Part shown: in pieces, positions 38,281-50,997 of the stretch | Position numbering within the stretch: position 1 is the first letter of the stretch | How the letters are laid out: each line of letters begins with the position of its first letter | Assembly: GCA_965178125.1 (NCBI GenBank) | Contig: OZ237748.1 | Span: forward strand, 248,001-312,000 | Length of the DNA: 64,000 nucleotides | Source: Bilabrum cf. latius | Taxonomy: Eukaryota | Direction: 5' to 3' | Position numbers and translations under genes: made by a program | Notes under the pieces: generated by a model | What the model was told of the DNA's origin: nothing | What the model saw: only the letters and a program-made list of their open reading frames with translations | Database searches by the model: none

Positions 38281-39777
38281 ATGAATTATACAAATGTATT
38301 AAAGCAATTGAATATATGTTTTGGTAAGGCATATGACAACCCGATAAAAAGCATAAAATATTTAGAAAAGGTTTTTAATAATAAACCTATCACCACTAAG
38401 AATATATATAAATTGGTTCAAGGTTTGAAAATAGATATAGAAATTAGAGAGAAAACCGATATTAAGGTCTATAATCTTAGTAAATAGAAAGATAGTTTTA
38501 AAAGGGTTTGTTTAGAATATAAAGATGGAATGTTTAAAGCCGTCCAGAGGATGAAGCCATTATTTACCCGATGCTATAAATCTATGGTTGTTAAATTAAC
38601 CGATAAAGCGGAAATATTGGAAGATAATAAATATAGAGTTGAAAGCTTAATGGATTATCACACTAAAAAATATTATTTAAAATATACAATTCATAAATGT
38701 CCCGAGAATGAGGATATTAAAGAATGGTCCTTGAGGTTAAGCGTAGCCAGTGATGAATTACACGACGATAACCCATCCTTAAACATTATGAAATATGGAA
38801 TCAGACAAACAGCCTTACATTTTTTTACAATGTTTAATATGATGACAGAAAGCCCACCGGAAATAACCCCAGAAGAGGCGGTATTTATTGAAGGAGCAAC
38901 ACGAGGAGGCATTCAATACCATCAAAAAGGACAATACGATGAATTTATCACCTATGATATAAACAGTCATTACCCTTTTATTATGTCATCTAGTTCATTA
39001 TTACCATATGGAAAACCTATTTATAAAAAAATGGAAAATATCCAAATAACAAAGAATAACGAAATAGGAATTTATAAATGTAAAGTAAGTAGGGGAAAAT
39101 GCGAACCAAAATTATTTAATATGTTTAAAGTATTTGAAAATGAATTTACATATTATGTTTTTACAGATATGAATATATTTATTAAATATGGTTATGAAAT
39201 TGAAATGTCTAATGATAAATTTAATTTTATGACCTATGACAGATATATTAAGGGGGAAACCCTATTTAGTAATTATGTTTAGATGTTTTATAAATTAAAA
39301 GAAAAATCATATCTAGCAAAAGAAATATTAAATTCATTATGGGGTAAATTATGTAGTTCTAAAAAAAAAATTATTACATCAAATGATAAAAATATTAATA
39401 TTGACAAATTTAATATTGACAGAATTGAAATGAACGAAGAAGGGGATGATTTTATTTATCATCTAAAATATAAGGTTCCTTTTAAATATAGTTGGGGTAA
39501 AATAAAGCCGTGGATATTGAGTTATTCAAGATCTAAGATAATGAAAAAAGTTAATAGTAAGAACATACAGCACGTTGTAAGAATTCATACCGACAGTATA
39601 ACATTTAGTAAAAGATTAAATTTAAAAATAAGTAAAGATTTAGGAGGTTATAAAATAGAATAGGCGAATCAAAAGAATCAAAAAATGATTCTTTACGGGT
39701 AGAATGATTTAGTAATTGTAAATGAAGAGAACGAAATAATAAAAAGAAAAGGTAAGAAGACGGGGTTTATTTTTTAA
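38281..39777 (+). CDS. polB: Short protein-primed-type family B DNA polymerase
   Basis: TRGG, YDINSHYP, KEILNSLWGK, IHTDS; 498 aa with TAG=Gln. Confidence 0.88.
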
Positions 39778-40666
39778 ATATATAAATAAATATTAAATAT
39801 ATAAAATGTGAACTCTGCTGCGAATCAATGAGTCCTCCTTCTACATGCCCAATGGCCAAATCACGGACCCGCTCCCACAGTTGGGGCAGTTCCATAAAAA
39901 AACAAACAGGACGTCCCTGCGCCCGTCCCGCGCCCTCTCCCCCCCACGAGGGACAGTCCGCCCCGAATCGACTGGTTCTCCTCAGTCGCGTCTCGCGCAT
40001 GCTATACCACACTCGCCACAAATGTACACGCTACCCCAATCCTTGCATCGTCTGCGCCTCCAGGCTCGCTCCGATGCCTCCCCTTCTAGTCCTGCCCCAT
40101 TCTGATCTGCTGTCTCCCTACGCACCCGTACGTCTCAGCCTTCGCCAGAAATCCTACTGCCTTGTGGTCTGGCCCCACTCGGCTGCCTCCGCTGCCCCTC
40201 CCTCCCCATGGGCCTCCACGCTCCCGAGCCCTACTGGCTTGCTCGGGCCTGTCCGTGCCCCTTCGTCGTCCCCGCCACGCGTCTGGTTAACCGCGCTCGG
40301 GGCATCCCGATCCTCCCCTTTCCTCCGTTCATCTTGGAATCCCCCTCTCCGTCGCCTCCCCCGGTGCCACCCGACCCCTTGGTGGGCCGCCGCCCGTCCA
40401 CCCTGTCACCTCCGCCAAGCTCCCCCGTCTGCTCCTGTCCCCCTCTCACCTGGCCCCCTCGCTGTCACCTCCCGCCGTTGTTGTCCTCCACCTGCACGTG
40501 CGCTGCTGCTGTACCCTCCCCGTCGGAGCCCCCATCGCTGTCTCACAGCCCTCAATCCCAATGTCTGATGACACAGATAATGAACTCTGCTGCGAATCAA
40601 TGAGTCCTCCTTCTACATGCCCAATGGCCAAATCACGGACCCGCTCCCACAGTTGGGGCAGTTCCA

Positions 40667-41830
40667 TTACTTTCCAATACTTGCAGCAGTTGCAGCGTGG
40701 TCCAGCGCTGCCGTCCACACCCGTGTCGGCTGAGTGAGGTCAACCGAGGAGGGGAGTGGCAGGGGCCGAAGCGCGAAGATGTTCTCGTTCCGGTAGCGGC
40801 GGGCTGCCACCAGAGTCTTCCAGGCACCCGCGCGCATGATGGTGTCGTCCGAGCAGCCCTGCCTACTCAGTGTGGTGATGGCCGTCACGCGCAGGGAGTG
40901 GCCCGACAGGTGCAACTGGGGCCGACCGCAGCACCGGCGAAACTCCGCGATCACTGTAGCCGCCCCGCATCGGGCTGGTGCGAACAGGTACGCTGGTCCA
41001 GTCGATGGGCGGTGCTCGAGGAATCGGCGTAGAGCCGCCACCGATGCGATGCCATGTGCGGCGCGCAGGTACTCCAGCAAGATGCGGACACCGCAAAAGC
41101 GGGCGCCGTGGGGCTGGCCACCGACGTACCGCACCGGACGGACGCTGCTCAGCATCAGGGAGCGCGTGTCCCGCGACTTGTTGGGTCCCAGCAGGATCTC
41201 GATGGAGCTGACGGCACCGTCCGAGTCCACGCCCACCACCAGGTGGCCCCGTGCCATCCCGCGCTGCTCGTCACCCACAGTCGCCTGGGCGATTTCGCCC
41301 AGACGTGCGGCGCTGAAGAAGGCTACAGCCGCTGCCGTGCGAGCCGCGTGCTCCTAGGGTCCCCGTGGCCGTGCGGTGAACCACACAGCGAGCCGATGCA
41401 GGTCAGCCGGGTGCTTGCGCCCAGAGGCGGCCTTGGAGGCCACCGGGCCGCCCGGTGCCGCTGCCCTGGCCATGTGGGTGGCGAAGTACGACAGCAACGA
41501 GCGCAGACGCTTGGACTGGCCACCCGGCAGGCCGTGCAAGATCACGAACGCCCTGAACACGGTGCTGACGTATGAGCGCAGAGTCGGTCCACCGATCGTG
41601 CCCGTGCGGTCCTCGCCGCGCCACACCGCGTACCTGCAGCACGCGATGTCGAGCGCCCGTTGCGCCCTCAGTGGGTCCTCGTAGCCTGCACACGGGTCCT
41701 CGGCTTCCCCGCGGTCCCGACGGAATTGTTCGAATCCACGGAGGGCTGTAGCCCCTGAAGCCAGACCTTTAGCGCCACCGCCCGAGAGCGCCCGAACCGT
41801 TGCATACACGTCCAGATCCACGGCGGACAC
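40667..41830 (-). CDS. Ngaro-B tyrosine recombinase
   Basis: Collinear with the Ngaro-A YR; TAG at 41354 aligns with Gln. Confidence 0.92.
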
Positions 41831-44800
41831 CGCGCCCGCTCCACCGTCTCGCCCCAGCGGAGGTAATGGCGAGGCGAGAAGTTCCGAGAGAGAGCGTCCG
41901 CCACGAAGTTGGCCTTGCTGCTCACGTGCTGCGAGAAGAGCTGGAAGTCATGGCGTGTCACGGTAGTGAACAACGGCCCCAACAGTCTGTTGAGGCACAG
42001 GCGGCGTGCAGAGCCCTTGCGAAGAGAAGTACACACAGGCAGATTGTCCCCGTACACGGTCACGTTCCTGCCCGCGAGCTCCGGTGCCCACCGCTGCACG
42101 AGGAGCACCACGGCCGCCAACTCGGCTTGCGGCATCTGACTGGGGCCCACAGTGCGTGGCCAGAATCCCTGGACGAGGCGCCGGCCGCGATGACTATCGC
42201 CCGGAGTGCCGTACAGCTGCAGTGTCCCCCCGAACCCTTCCTTGCTGGCGTCCACGTACATCACTGCCCGAGGTCCCCGATGTGGGGACGTGGGGAACCG
42301 GCGTGAGCGGTTGGCCTGCACGCTGGCACGCAGGGTCCTGAGTGTGTCGAGGATCGGCCGGTCCAGCTGGTGAGGGCCCCCCCGCAGCGGCATGCGGTGC
42401 TGGGCACACTGCAGGAGCCCGAGCTGGGGCTTCAGGCACACCAATGCCCCCGCTGCAAACCCCAACTCTCCGATGACGGACTTGAACTCCAACGACGTGG
42501 ACACCGCCCCGGCCTCGATGATGGATGTCAAGCGCTTCACCAGAGCCTCCTACTTGGCCTGCGGCAGGGCGATCCGCAGTGCGGCGAGGTCCAGCTCGTA
42601 CCCGAGGTAGGTGAGCACGGAGCGGGGATGTTCCCCACGCGCCTTGGACCGTGAGATGGGGAAGCCCAGGTACTCAGCCTCGGACATGAGCTGAGCCGTC
42701 ATCCATGGGGCCCGGGGTGCGGCAGCGAGAAGCAGCTGGTCGTCGCTGAAGACGGTGGTTGCACACGGCGCGCGCGGGAGGGCGAAGCTGCAACGCTCAC
42801 GGAATCTGCGGTTGAAGGCGGTGCTGGTTAGACAGGCCCACCCCGGCGAGGACGCCGAGCCCATGCTGAGGACAGCGTAGAGAGCTGCCCGGTCCCCCGT
42901 CTTGGACCACATGTGACACGCGTCCGCCAGCCGAAGCTTGAGCGAGAAGAACCACTTGGAGAAGTCAATGGCGGCACCATGCATCGCCACCCCTGCTGGA
43001 AGCTAGCGGTGGAACTTCACGGCCTCCTTCATGACCACGGTGATGTCGTCGAGCAAGCACGGCGTGTACTGCCGGTAGTCCACAAAGCCATTCACGCCCT
43101 TCCCCGTGGTGGAGCTCTCGCGGGCGGACGCGTCCACGATGGCGCGATACTGCCCTGCGGCCTTCTTGGCGATGTAGCTGGTGAACGAGATGCGAGATGG
43201 CGGCACCTCGTGCTCGGCCAGTGGCACGATCCAGCCGGCACGGACAGCGGCACCGTGCGCCAGCTCAGCATGAGTGCGCGTGGCAGCGTCTGAGTAGCGT
43301 GTCTGCTCCACCGCCGCGTCCCGTGGACTGCCCGCGCCGGGGTCAGTGCAGAGTGGGAAGCCGTAGCGGATGCCGGCCACGGCCGCCTCATACAGAGACA
43401 GCGCCTGCCAAGCCGCCGGTCCCCGAGGTTCCGTCGGGGGACAGCGCACGCCGAAGAAGGACTCCAACCGGCGCAGACGAGCGCCCGTGCAGCGGTGGCC
43501 CCGGACAGAGCCGCGGGCGATGGCCACGTCAGCCATCGGGTCGAGGAGCAGTCGGTGTCTGGCGAACTCAGCAGCCGGAGCTGAGGACACGCGGCGCAGC
43601 GGCGCGGAGGTGAAGTCGGCCAAGCGGGTGGAGGGGATGTCCTCGGCCGTCCTGGCTGTGGGAAGCGGCGGCTCCGCAGCAGCGGCGGCAGCCATGCGGT
43701 GCAGCACTCGAGGCAGCGTGGAGCGTTGCCACGTTGCCCGGTCGCGACGTGCACGGTCCTGCACAGCAGGGTCCAGCAGAGAGGGCACCGGCTTCAAGCG
43801 GCGGGAGGAGCTAGCGATCGTCGCGGAGAGGCCGGCTGCCGTCAGGTGTGCCTGGGATGAGGCAGGACCCGTCCTGGTGATGGCTAAGTCCGAGGCGAGA
43901 TCCGACCGTGCTGTCTGCCCGACCGCGCGTCCCTGCCGGGGCGCCACGCGAGCCCCACCAGCATGGCTGACACCGCCCGCCATGATCTCCTGCCTGCTCT
44001 CGACTCCTCCACCACGGCTGACACCGTCCTCCACGATCTCCTGCCTGCTCTCGACTCCTCCACCACGGCTGACACCGCCCTCCACGATCTCCTGCCTGCT
44101 CTCGACTCCTCCACCACGGCTGACACCGCTCTCCACGATCTCCTGCCTGCTCTCGACTCCTCCACCACGGCTGACACCGCCCTCCACGATCTCCTGCCTG
44201 CTCTCGACTCCTCCACCACGGCTGACACCGTCCTCCACGATCTCCTGCCTGCTCTCGACACCTCCACCACGGCTGACACCGTCCTCCACGATCTCCTGCC
44301 TGCTCTCGACTCCTCCACCACGGCTGACACCGCTCGCCACGATCGCCTGCCTGCTCTCGACTCCTCCACCACGGCTGACCCCGCCCTCCACGATCTCCTG
44401 CCTGCTCTCGACTCCTCCACCACGGCTGACACCGTCCTCCACGATCCCCTGCCTGCTCTCGACTCCTCCACCACGGCTGACACCGTCCTGCACGATCTCC
44501 TGCCTGCTCTCGACTCCTCCACCACGGCTGACACCGTCCTCCACGATCCCCTGCCTGCTCGCGACTCCTCCACCACGGCTGACACCGTCCTCCACGATCG
44601 CCTGCCTGCTCTCGACGCCGCCAGTGCCGCTGATATGGTCCGCCCCGACCGCATCACGTGCACCCCTGCGGTTCGCCGCGGAGTTGGTGGCGGCAAGTGC
44701 ACGATGGCCGGCCCGGTGGGCCCGTGACCATAACGTCGGCAATTTCCAAGATGACCAGAAGCGCCCCCTGGCTTGGGGCGCCGTTGCATTGCGTGGCGGT

Positions 44801-45649
44801 CTGTACGACCGCCCCCGCACCTCAGCCCCTCCGTGCCGAGGTCTACAGATCTGCCCGGTGGGCAGACTGGGTCCCTCCTTCCCTCCCGCCCCATCCTCCG
44901 TTGGGGCACGAGTGAGCTTCGCCTCTCCAGTGAGGCTAGCTGCCGCAAATTGCAACGAGGCACCCGAGGGCACCTGCTGCGCGGGAGTCGATCCTGTCAC
45001 TCCCCAAGCCGCGTCCTGCAGTGCAGCATCCTCCCCGTGCTGCCCGCCGAGCCCCCAGCCCCCCGCTGTGGCCCTCCCATTCCACGTGACCGGTGCTGCC
45101 GGCCACCACGTCGATCCAAATGTCAAACTGCCCCCCCCAGCCCCAGGTCTGTCCCCACGGACCCTGCCCAGGCCATCCCCCCCATCGCCAGCACCCACCG
45201 GCGCCATCCCCCGCAGGGGCTGCACCCCCCCACGGTGCACCCCACGGAGATGGCCAGCCGCGACCCCACCGGCGCGCGGCTGCACCCAGGACGGGGAGAC
45301 GGCCACATGGCCGCCACCCCGCCGCCCGTGCATCCCGCGTGCGCCCTGCCACCCGCTCCACCGGCGCCCCGTCAGCGCACCCCATCATCTCGCCGTCCGC
45401 CGCCCCCCCGGCGGCCCTCCGCACCTCGCTGCCCGCCCGCACCACCACCGCTGCCGCCGGTCCCGCCGCCACCCCGGCGTCCATCCCCCCCGCCCCTGCC
45501 GCCCGCGACGCCCGCGCCCTCACCGCCACCTCCCCGGCCGCCGCCGCCACCCGGCGGATGCCAGCGCCCGTCCTACTCCGGCATCGCCTCTGGTGGCGAC
45601 GGCGGAGGCCGTGCCGAGCGTGAACACCCAGCGCGGCCCCCTTGGCTAG
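41668..45649 (-). CDS. Ngaro-B ORF2 RT/RNase H, with an apparent 1-nt frameshift at the C8 run 45131-45138
   Basis: Same RT/RNase H motifs as family A; homology switches frame at WGWGG|SLTFG. Confidence 0.85.
43963..44620. repeat. 51-bp tandem repeat in ORF2 (GGGVESRQEIVEDGVSR)
   Basis: About 13 units. Confidence 0.9.
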
Positions 45650-45652
45650 TCA
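45604..45652 (-). promoter_or_regulatory. Putative UGA-CUAG readthrough signal plus stem-loop (Ngaro-B)
   Basis: TGA CTAGCCAA GGGGGCCGCGCTGGGTG TTCA CGCTCGGCACGGCCTCC. Confidence 0.75.
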
Positions 45653-47632
45653 GTCACCGAAGATGGACCGCCAGTCGCGATCCACATTGGGGGTGCCGTC
45701 GGCGCGGCGCCGCGACGTGTCCGGTTCCGCATCGATGTCGGCCACTCGCTGCATGCACTCGACCAGCAGTCCAGGGACACCGTTCACGGTGTCGAAGGGG
45801 GCCAGGAGCCGGGTCAGACCGGCGTGAGGCAGCGGAGAGGTGGCCGGGTCACGCCACCAGCGGCTGCCCGCTGCCCACGCCGCGCAGCTGCGGAGGCGAT
45901 CACCCGCGCGCAGCACGTTCTAGCCGGGGGTGAGCTCGGAGCCCGCCGCGGTGTCATACACCCAGCACATCACCTGCTCCGGGACCGAGGTGGCCTGCCG
46001 GAGGGGAGTGGTGGTCCCCACCGTCGCGACCATCCTTGCCATGGAGCTCGAGCGGGCCCACAGGTCACCCACCGTGCCCAGCTCCGGCGTGGCCAGGTCA
46101 CGGCTGCGAGGGGCGCCTGGCTGCGAGGCGTGCCCGATGAGCGTGCGCCGCATGGCCAGGGCTTGGCACGACCGATGCACCCAGATGCCCTGCACGACTG
46201 CTGCCAGCTTGCCCGAGCCGCTGCCTGCCCCCGCCCGGAGCAGCCCGATGGTGGCGTACGGTTCACGCCGCTGCAGGGCGGACCCCAGGGCTGTCACCGC
46301 GGTGACGAAGGAGGCCAGGGCTGCCTTGCCCGCAGATGGGGCATTCAGGGCGCGCTCGCCGGCCTTGCCACCACACACCGCGTCCACCATGGCAGCCAGG
46401 ACGTCAGCGAACTAGGCAGGGCAGCGCAGGGGCTCCAGCGTGAGCAGCCTGAGGTCGTGCTCCAGAGCCGCACGAAGGAAAGTGCGGACCCCCTCGCGCA
46501 CGAGGCGGCTGTCTGGGGGCGGCGCGGCCCCCGTGGCGTCGATCAGTGCGGCCGTCGTGTGAGCCAGCGAGGTGCCTGTGGGGGAGCTAGAGGGTTCAGG
46601 GACGGAGCCAGCCGTGACCGTGTACGTGGGGGGACAAGCGTCGGTTGCAACCGTCTCACCGGGGGGTTGGGCCGCCGTGGGCCGGGGGAACGCCGCCGCC
46701 TCGCCCATAGCGACGAGGAGCGGTAAGACGGAGCCGCCCTCCAGCGGGCGCTTGCGGTACAGGTCAGTGGCCTGCTGAGCCAGCTCCTGGATGGCGTCGC
46801 GTGGGGCCATAGCTGCCAGCATGTGGAACAGACCGAGCGGGGCTGCGGGGCCGGCGGAGTACTTCAAGCCGCGCAGAATGACCTCAGCCCAGAGTGCCGG
46901 GACTCCGGTCTACAGGCGAGTCTGGAGCCGGCGGGCCGCCTCGGCGAACTCGGCACGATGGACGTCAGGTAGCGGCGGCAGGGGCCCACTCAGGGCGGGC
47001 AGCGAGCCCACGTCGATGACCAGCAGGAAGTCACTCATCAGCGCCGCGGCATTGGCCAGCACGGAACGAGCGGGCCCGCGCCCAAGTGCATGCCCCGCCG
47101 ACTTGCCCAGAGCCACAGCCTCATCGTCATCCGCTTGGCCCAGCGGGATCCCATCCAAAGAGCCGGCGTCCGCGTCCGCCACGGCGTCCGCCTTGGGCAG
47201 CTGAATGTCCTCACAGATAGAGTCGAGGCGCGTGGACAGCAGCGGAAAATTTGCATGCGTCACGGTCAGGAATGAAGTAACGTAGTCCCGAATCTCCGTC
47301 TGCAGGGCTTCGAATTCCGCGGACCCCAGGCTTTCGGGATCGATGGAGGCCAGCGCGATGGTCATGTCGCCAAGTCGGCGAGTCGCCCAGCGGTCATCCC
47401 AGAGGCAACGAGGCTCCGCGTCCCCAGACGATTTACTCGAGCGAGCAGCAGTCGAATCAGCTGGAGCAGCTGCGTCTGGCACTGCGGTTTGCAGCCACTT
47501 CACTGTCAACGGACCGGACAAGTCTTGCAACGGGGCCAGGATTAGCCGAAATGCCTCACCAGCCCGCCCTGTGCGGAGTGCAACCTGTACAGGGGCAACA
47601 TATTCAGCCATTCCCGTAGCTGCAGAAGACAT
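45650..47632 (-). CDS. Ngaro-B ORF1 (gag-like by position)
   Basis: Single frame with three TAGs; ends SIFGD-TGA. Confidence 0.8.
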
Positions 47633-48929
47633 AGCTGCGGACAGTCCGCCCCGAATCGACTGGTTCTCCTCAGTCGCGTCTCGCGCATGCTATACCACAC
47701 TCGCCACAAATGTACACGCTACCCCAATCCTTGCATCGTCTGCGCCTCCAGGCTCGCTCCGATGCCTCCCCTTCTAGTCCTGCCCCATTCCGATCTGCTG
47801 TCTCCCTACGCACCCGTACGTCTCAGCCTTCGCCAGAAATCCTGCTGCCTTGTGGTCTGGCCCCACTCGGCTGCCTCCGCTGCCCCTCCCTCCCCATGGG
47901 CCTCCACGCTCCCGAGCCCTACTGGCTTGCTCGGGCCTGTCCGTGCCCCTTCGTCGTCCCCGCCACGCGTCTGGTTAACCGCGCTCGGGGCATCCCGATC
48001 CTCCCCTTTCCTCCGTTCATCTTGGAATCCCCCTCTCCGTCGCCTCCCCCGGTTCCACCCGACCCCTTGGTGGGCCGCCGCCCGTCCACCCTGTCACTTC
48101 CGCCAAGCTCCCCCGTCTGCTCCTGCCCACCTCACCTGGCCCCATCGCTGTCACCTCCCGCCGTTGTTGTCCTCCACCTGCACGTGCGCTGCTGCTGTAC
48201 CCTCCCCGTCGGAGCCCCCATCGCCGTCTCACAGCCCTCAATCCCAATGTCTGATGACACAGATAATATTTTGATTAATTTTTTTGACTTACCGTTCATT
48301 TTATTGACCACTTAACGGGATATCACAAAAAGACTTAACCACTTGACGAGATATTTTAAAATAACTAATAATAAATATGACCGCCCCAAATTGCGGAAAT
48401 ATATTTACTTAACATATCTCTTTTTTTATTACTTGTCAATCTATACTTAAATAATTGAATATTTAAATATAACTAGAAGGAGATATTAATCACTTTATAA
48501 AGTCTTTGATATGTCATCTCTTCAAAACTTCAAATATAAGGGTATCCCCTTAAAATACATCCTTTAATCTATCGCCCCAAATTGTATCTCCAGATATGAC
48601 CGCCCCAAATTGTATCTCCAGATATGACCGCCCCAAATTGCGGAAATATATAAGTATCAAGAAAATTATGTTTGCAATTCTGGGCGCTCACCCGTATTCA
48701 ATTTTACATATTCACTAACTCATACCACTTGAAGTGGTCCATTTGATCTTGTGTTCATATTTAGAATGTCCTTTAACTTGTATCAATGTATTGAGTACTT
48801 CTTCTAACTAGTCCTTAACAAATGATTTTGTCTTATGATATGTCTTGGTAGTCTTCACCTATTTAATAACTAATTTACAAGTCTTACCGACAATATACTA
48901 AGTTAATAAATCTTGTATCATAATATATT

Positions 48930-49337
48930 ATGTATGAGATAATTATTGATGGATTCAAATATAAACCCTCTACTCGTAGAAATAAGAAATATGATGTATT
49001 CAAAAATGGTAAGTATATCACTAGCTTTGGTGATGCACGATATGCTCAATACTTTGATTTGATTGGTAAGTATGGAGATAATAACCATATTGACCCTAAA
49101 AGACGACGCCTATACTACCGAAGACACGGGAAGACTACCGATACTAATAGCTCAAAATATCACAGTCATAAAATCTTATGGGGAAGTGATAATGCTATTA
49201 AGGACTACTTAACAAAACTAGCCAATGGAGTATTAGATGTAAAAAGGTATGTTAAAGGGGATACTTTGGAAAAATGGTTAGATGACTATAGGTCTAAAGT
49301 GGACGCAAGACTCAAGTATTTGAAAATACTGGATTAA
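48930..49337 (+). CDS. DUF5754-like basic protein
   Basis: KKYDV..SFGDARY..KRRRLYYRRH..SHKILW pattern. Confidence 0.65.
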   Translation: MYEIIIDGFKYKPSTRRNKKYDVFKNGKYITSFGDARYAQYFDLIGKYGDNNHIDPKRRRLYYRRHGKTTDTNSSKYHSHKILWGSDNAIKDYLTKLANGVLDVKRYVKGDTLEKWLDDYRSKVDARLKYLKILD

Positions 49338-49368
49338 ACTATTAAATTAAATACATTTAATAATATAA

Positions 49369-49998
49369 TTATGTGGATGTCTTAGCCTAATATTCTTTGT
49401 CTCTTTTCTCTTTGGCTCTAAGTCTTCTTCTTTCATTCATTTTGTCTTTGTTCCTTTGATAATATTCTTGTTTTTGCTTTTTTATTTTGTCTTTATTCTT
49501 TTCTAAGTATTTCCTTCTCTTGTCTTTATCTTTGAAGTAATTGGTTCGTTTCATTCTACAAATTTTCTATTTATTTACTTCATTATATTCTTTGAGATAC
49601 TACTTAATCTTGCTTTTGTTCTTCTGTCTATACATTTTATTTAGTGTACTCAATTTATCTTTATTGTCTTCACGATACTCTTTTTTGGTCCTACCAGCTA
49701 TGCACTTATTCACACACTTATTACTTCGTATATGTCCACCTTCTATTTTCTTTAATTCTTCTTTGTTCTTGCATGGGCAATTCTCGACTAATTCTATTCT
49801 TACATCTCCTAAATCATAAATATCAAATGATGAGACAAACCCTTTGTATTTTGTTCCGTTCTACTTGTAATACTTATAATCTTTCGTATGTCCTCCTTTT
49901 CTTTGACTTAAAGTCTAACAAGTAGAACCGTAATAGACTTTTGAAGTGTCATTAAGTGAATATAACTTGTAAATCTTAGCTTTAGAGTAGTCAGGCAT
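49369..49998 (-). CDS. GIY-YIG endonuclease
   Basis: MPDYSKAKIYKL..YYGST; homologous to 32877-33674. Confidence 0.85.
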
Positions 49999-50106
49999 TG
50001 TTTTATATTGGTTTATATTGTTATTAGTTGTTTTATCTTTAAGTTGCTTTTATGACACTAATTAGACTTAAAAATAATATATTATTATAGTATATACTAT
50101 ATTATA

Positions 50107-50637
50107 ATGTGCTATAAGTGCAAAAATTTCATAATCAATAAGCTAAATATTACAGACTGGGATAAGATAGCCCCTTTATTAGTCCCTGATGGTAAGAGAA
50201 AGAACGAATAGAAGTGTATCTGTTCACATCCTATTAAAACAGTCTTTCTTGTAAAATATCCACCTACTGGAGATATATTTGATTTAGGTTCTGAATGTAT
50301 TAATAACACTTTTAACTCTGATCATAAAGTCTACAAATACTGTATGTATAAGACTTGTGATGTATGTAATAAACAAGTAAAGAGAAGTAGCTGGAAAAGT
50401 CATATTAAATCCATTAAACACGAATTAAATAAAGACATATTAAAAGATAAGAGTAGATGCACTGATTGCGATGAGTTCATTGAAAAACATAAATATAAAA
50501 AGACTTGTCTTAGTTGTTATAATAAAAAGAGGAAATACTCACAATGTAAGAAATGTGAAAAGTATCTTATTAAACCAGGAGCCACTTTCTGGTTTTGTTA
50601 TGACTGTAACTAGAAGAGAAAGAAATATAAGAAATAA
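50107..50637 (+). CDS. Cys-rich zinc-finger protein
   Basis: CICSH..LGSEC and several CxxC. Confidence 0.75.
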
Positions 50638-50677
50638 TGTTTAATTTACGCCAACATATTATATCGTCTTTATATAT

Positions 50678-50911
50678 ATGTACGACTTGAAAATTATAAT
50701 GTCTCCCAAGTTTTTAAAAGCTTGTAAAAATAATAAAGTTATTGAAAAGGCTATAAAAGCTATAGAGGACAATTTAAAAGATGAAATTAAATTATGTTTT
50801 GATGGCAATGAGTGGGATATGTCAAATGGATCATAGACTCTTTTTTATAATCTTCAAAGTAAAGAAGAACGAGAAGAAATATTAAAGAAAAATGGAACAA
50901 TTACAGCATAA
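50678..50911 (+). CDS. Small hypothetical protein
   Basis: ATG after TATATA, one TAG, TAA stop. Confidence 0.45.
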
Positions 50912-50997
50912 ACAACTAGAAGAAATAACAGAAGACAATATGTTATAAAATCGTTTAATTAACGCCAAAATTTATATCTACTATATATATAGTAAAT

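Larger units (their letters stand above)
3700..39808. mobile_element. Endogenous mavirus-like virophage V1 (left end approximate; right end missing, replaced by Ngaro-B)
   Basis: Abrupt shift to AT-rich, intronless, densely packed genes; ATPase-protease-penton-MCP cluster in mavirus order, plus rve integrase and pPolB. Confidence 0.88.
39809..48266 (-). mobile_element. Full-length Ngaro retrotransposon, family B
   Basis: A1 47639-48266, ORF1-3, B1 40581-40667, A2 39951-40580, B2 39809-39895. Confidence 0.95.

Noticed and set aside
45131-45138. Programmed frameshift in Ngaro-B ORF2
   Set aside because: Absent from Ngaro-A and located in a homopolymer; more likely a sequencing error or private mutation.
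20335-48266. LTR retrotransposons
   Set aside because: Repeats are split (A..B-A-B), the recombinase is YR, and there is no TSD or DDE integrase inside the elements.
21088-48315. Long plus-strand ORFs within the GC-rich elements (e.g. 23971-25320, 43370-45649) and ORFs in A repeats
   Set aside because: Antisense or shadow frames of GC-rich and repetitive DNA with no motifs.
48381-48690. V2 terminal inverted repeat
   Set aside because: These are copies of the internal dispersed palindrome.
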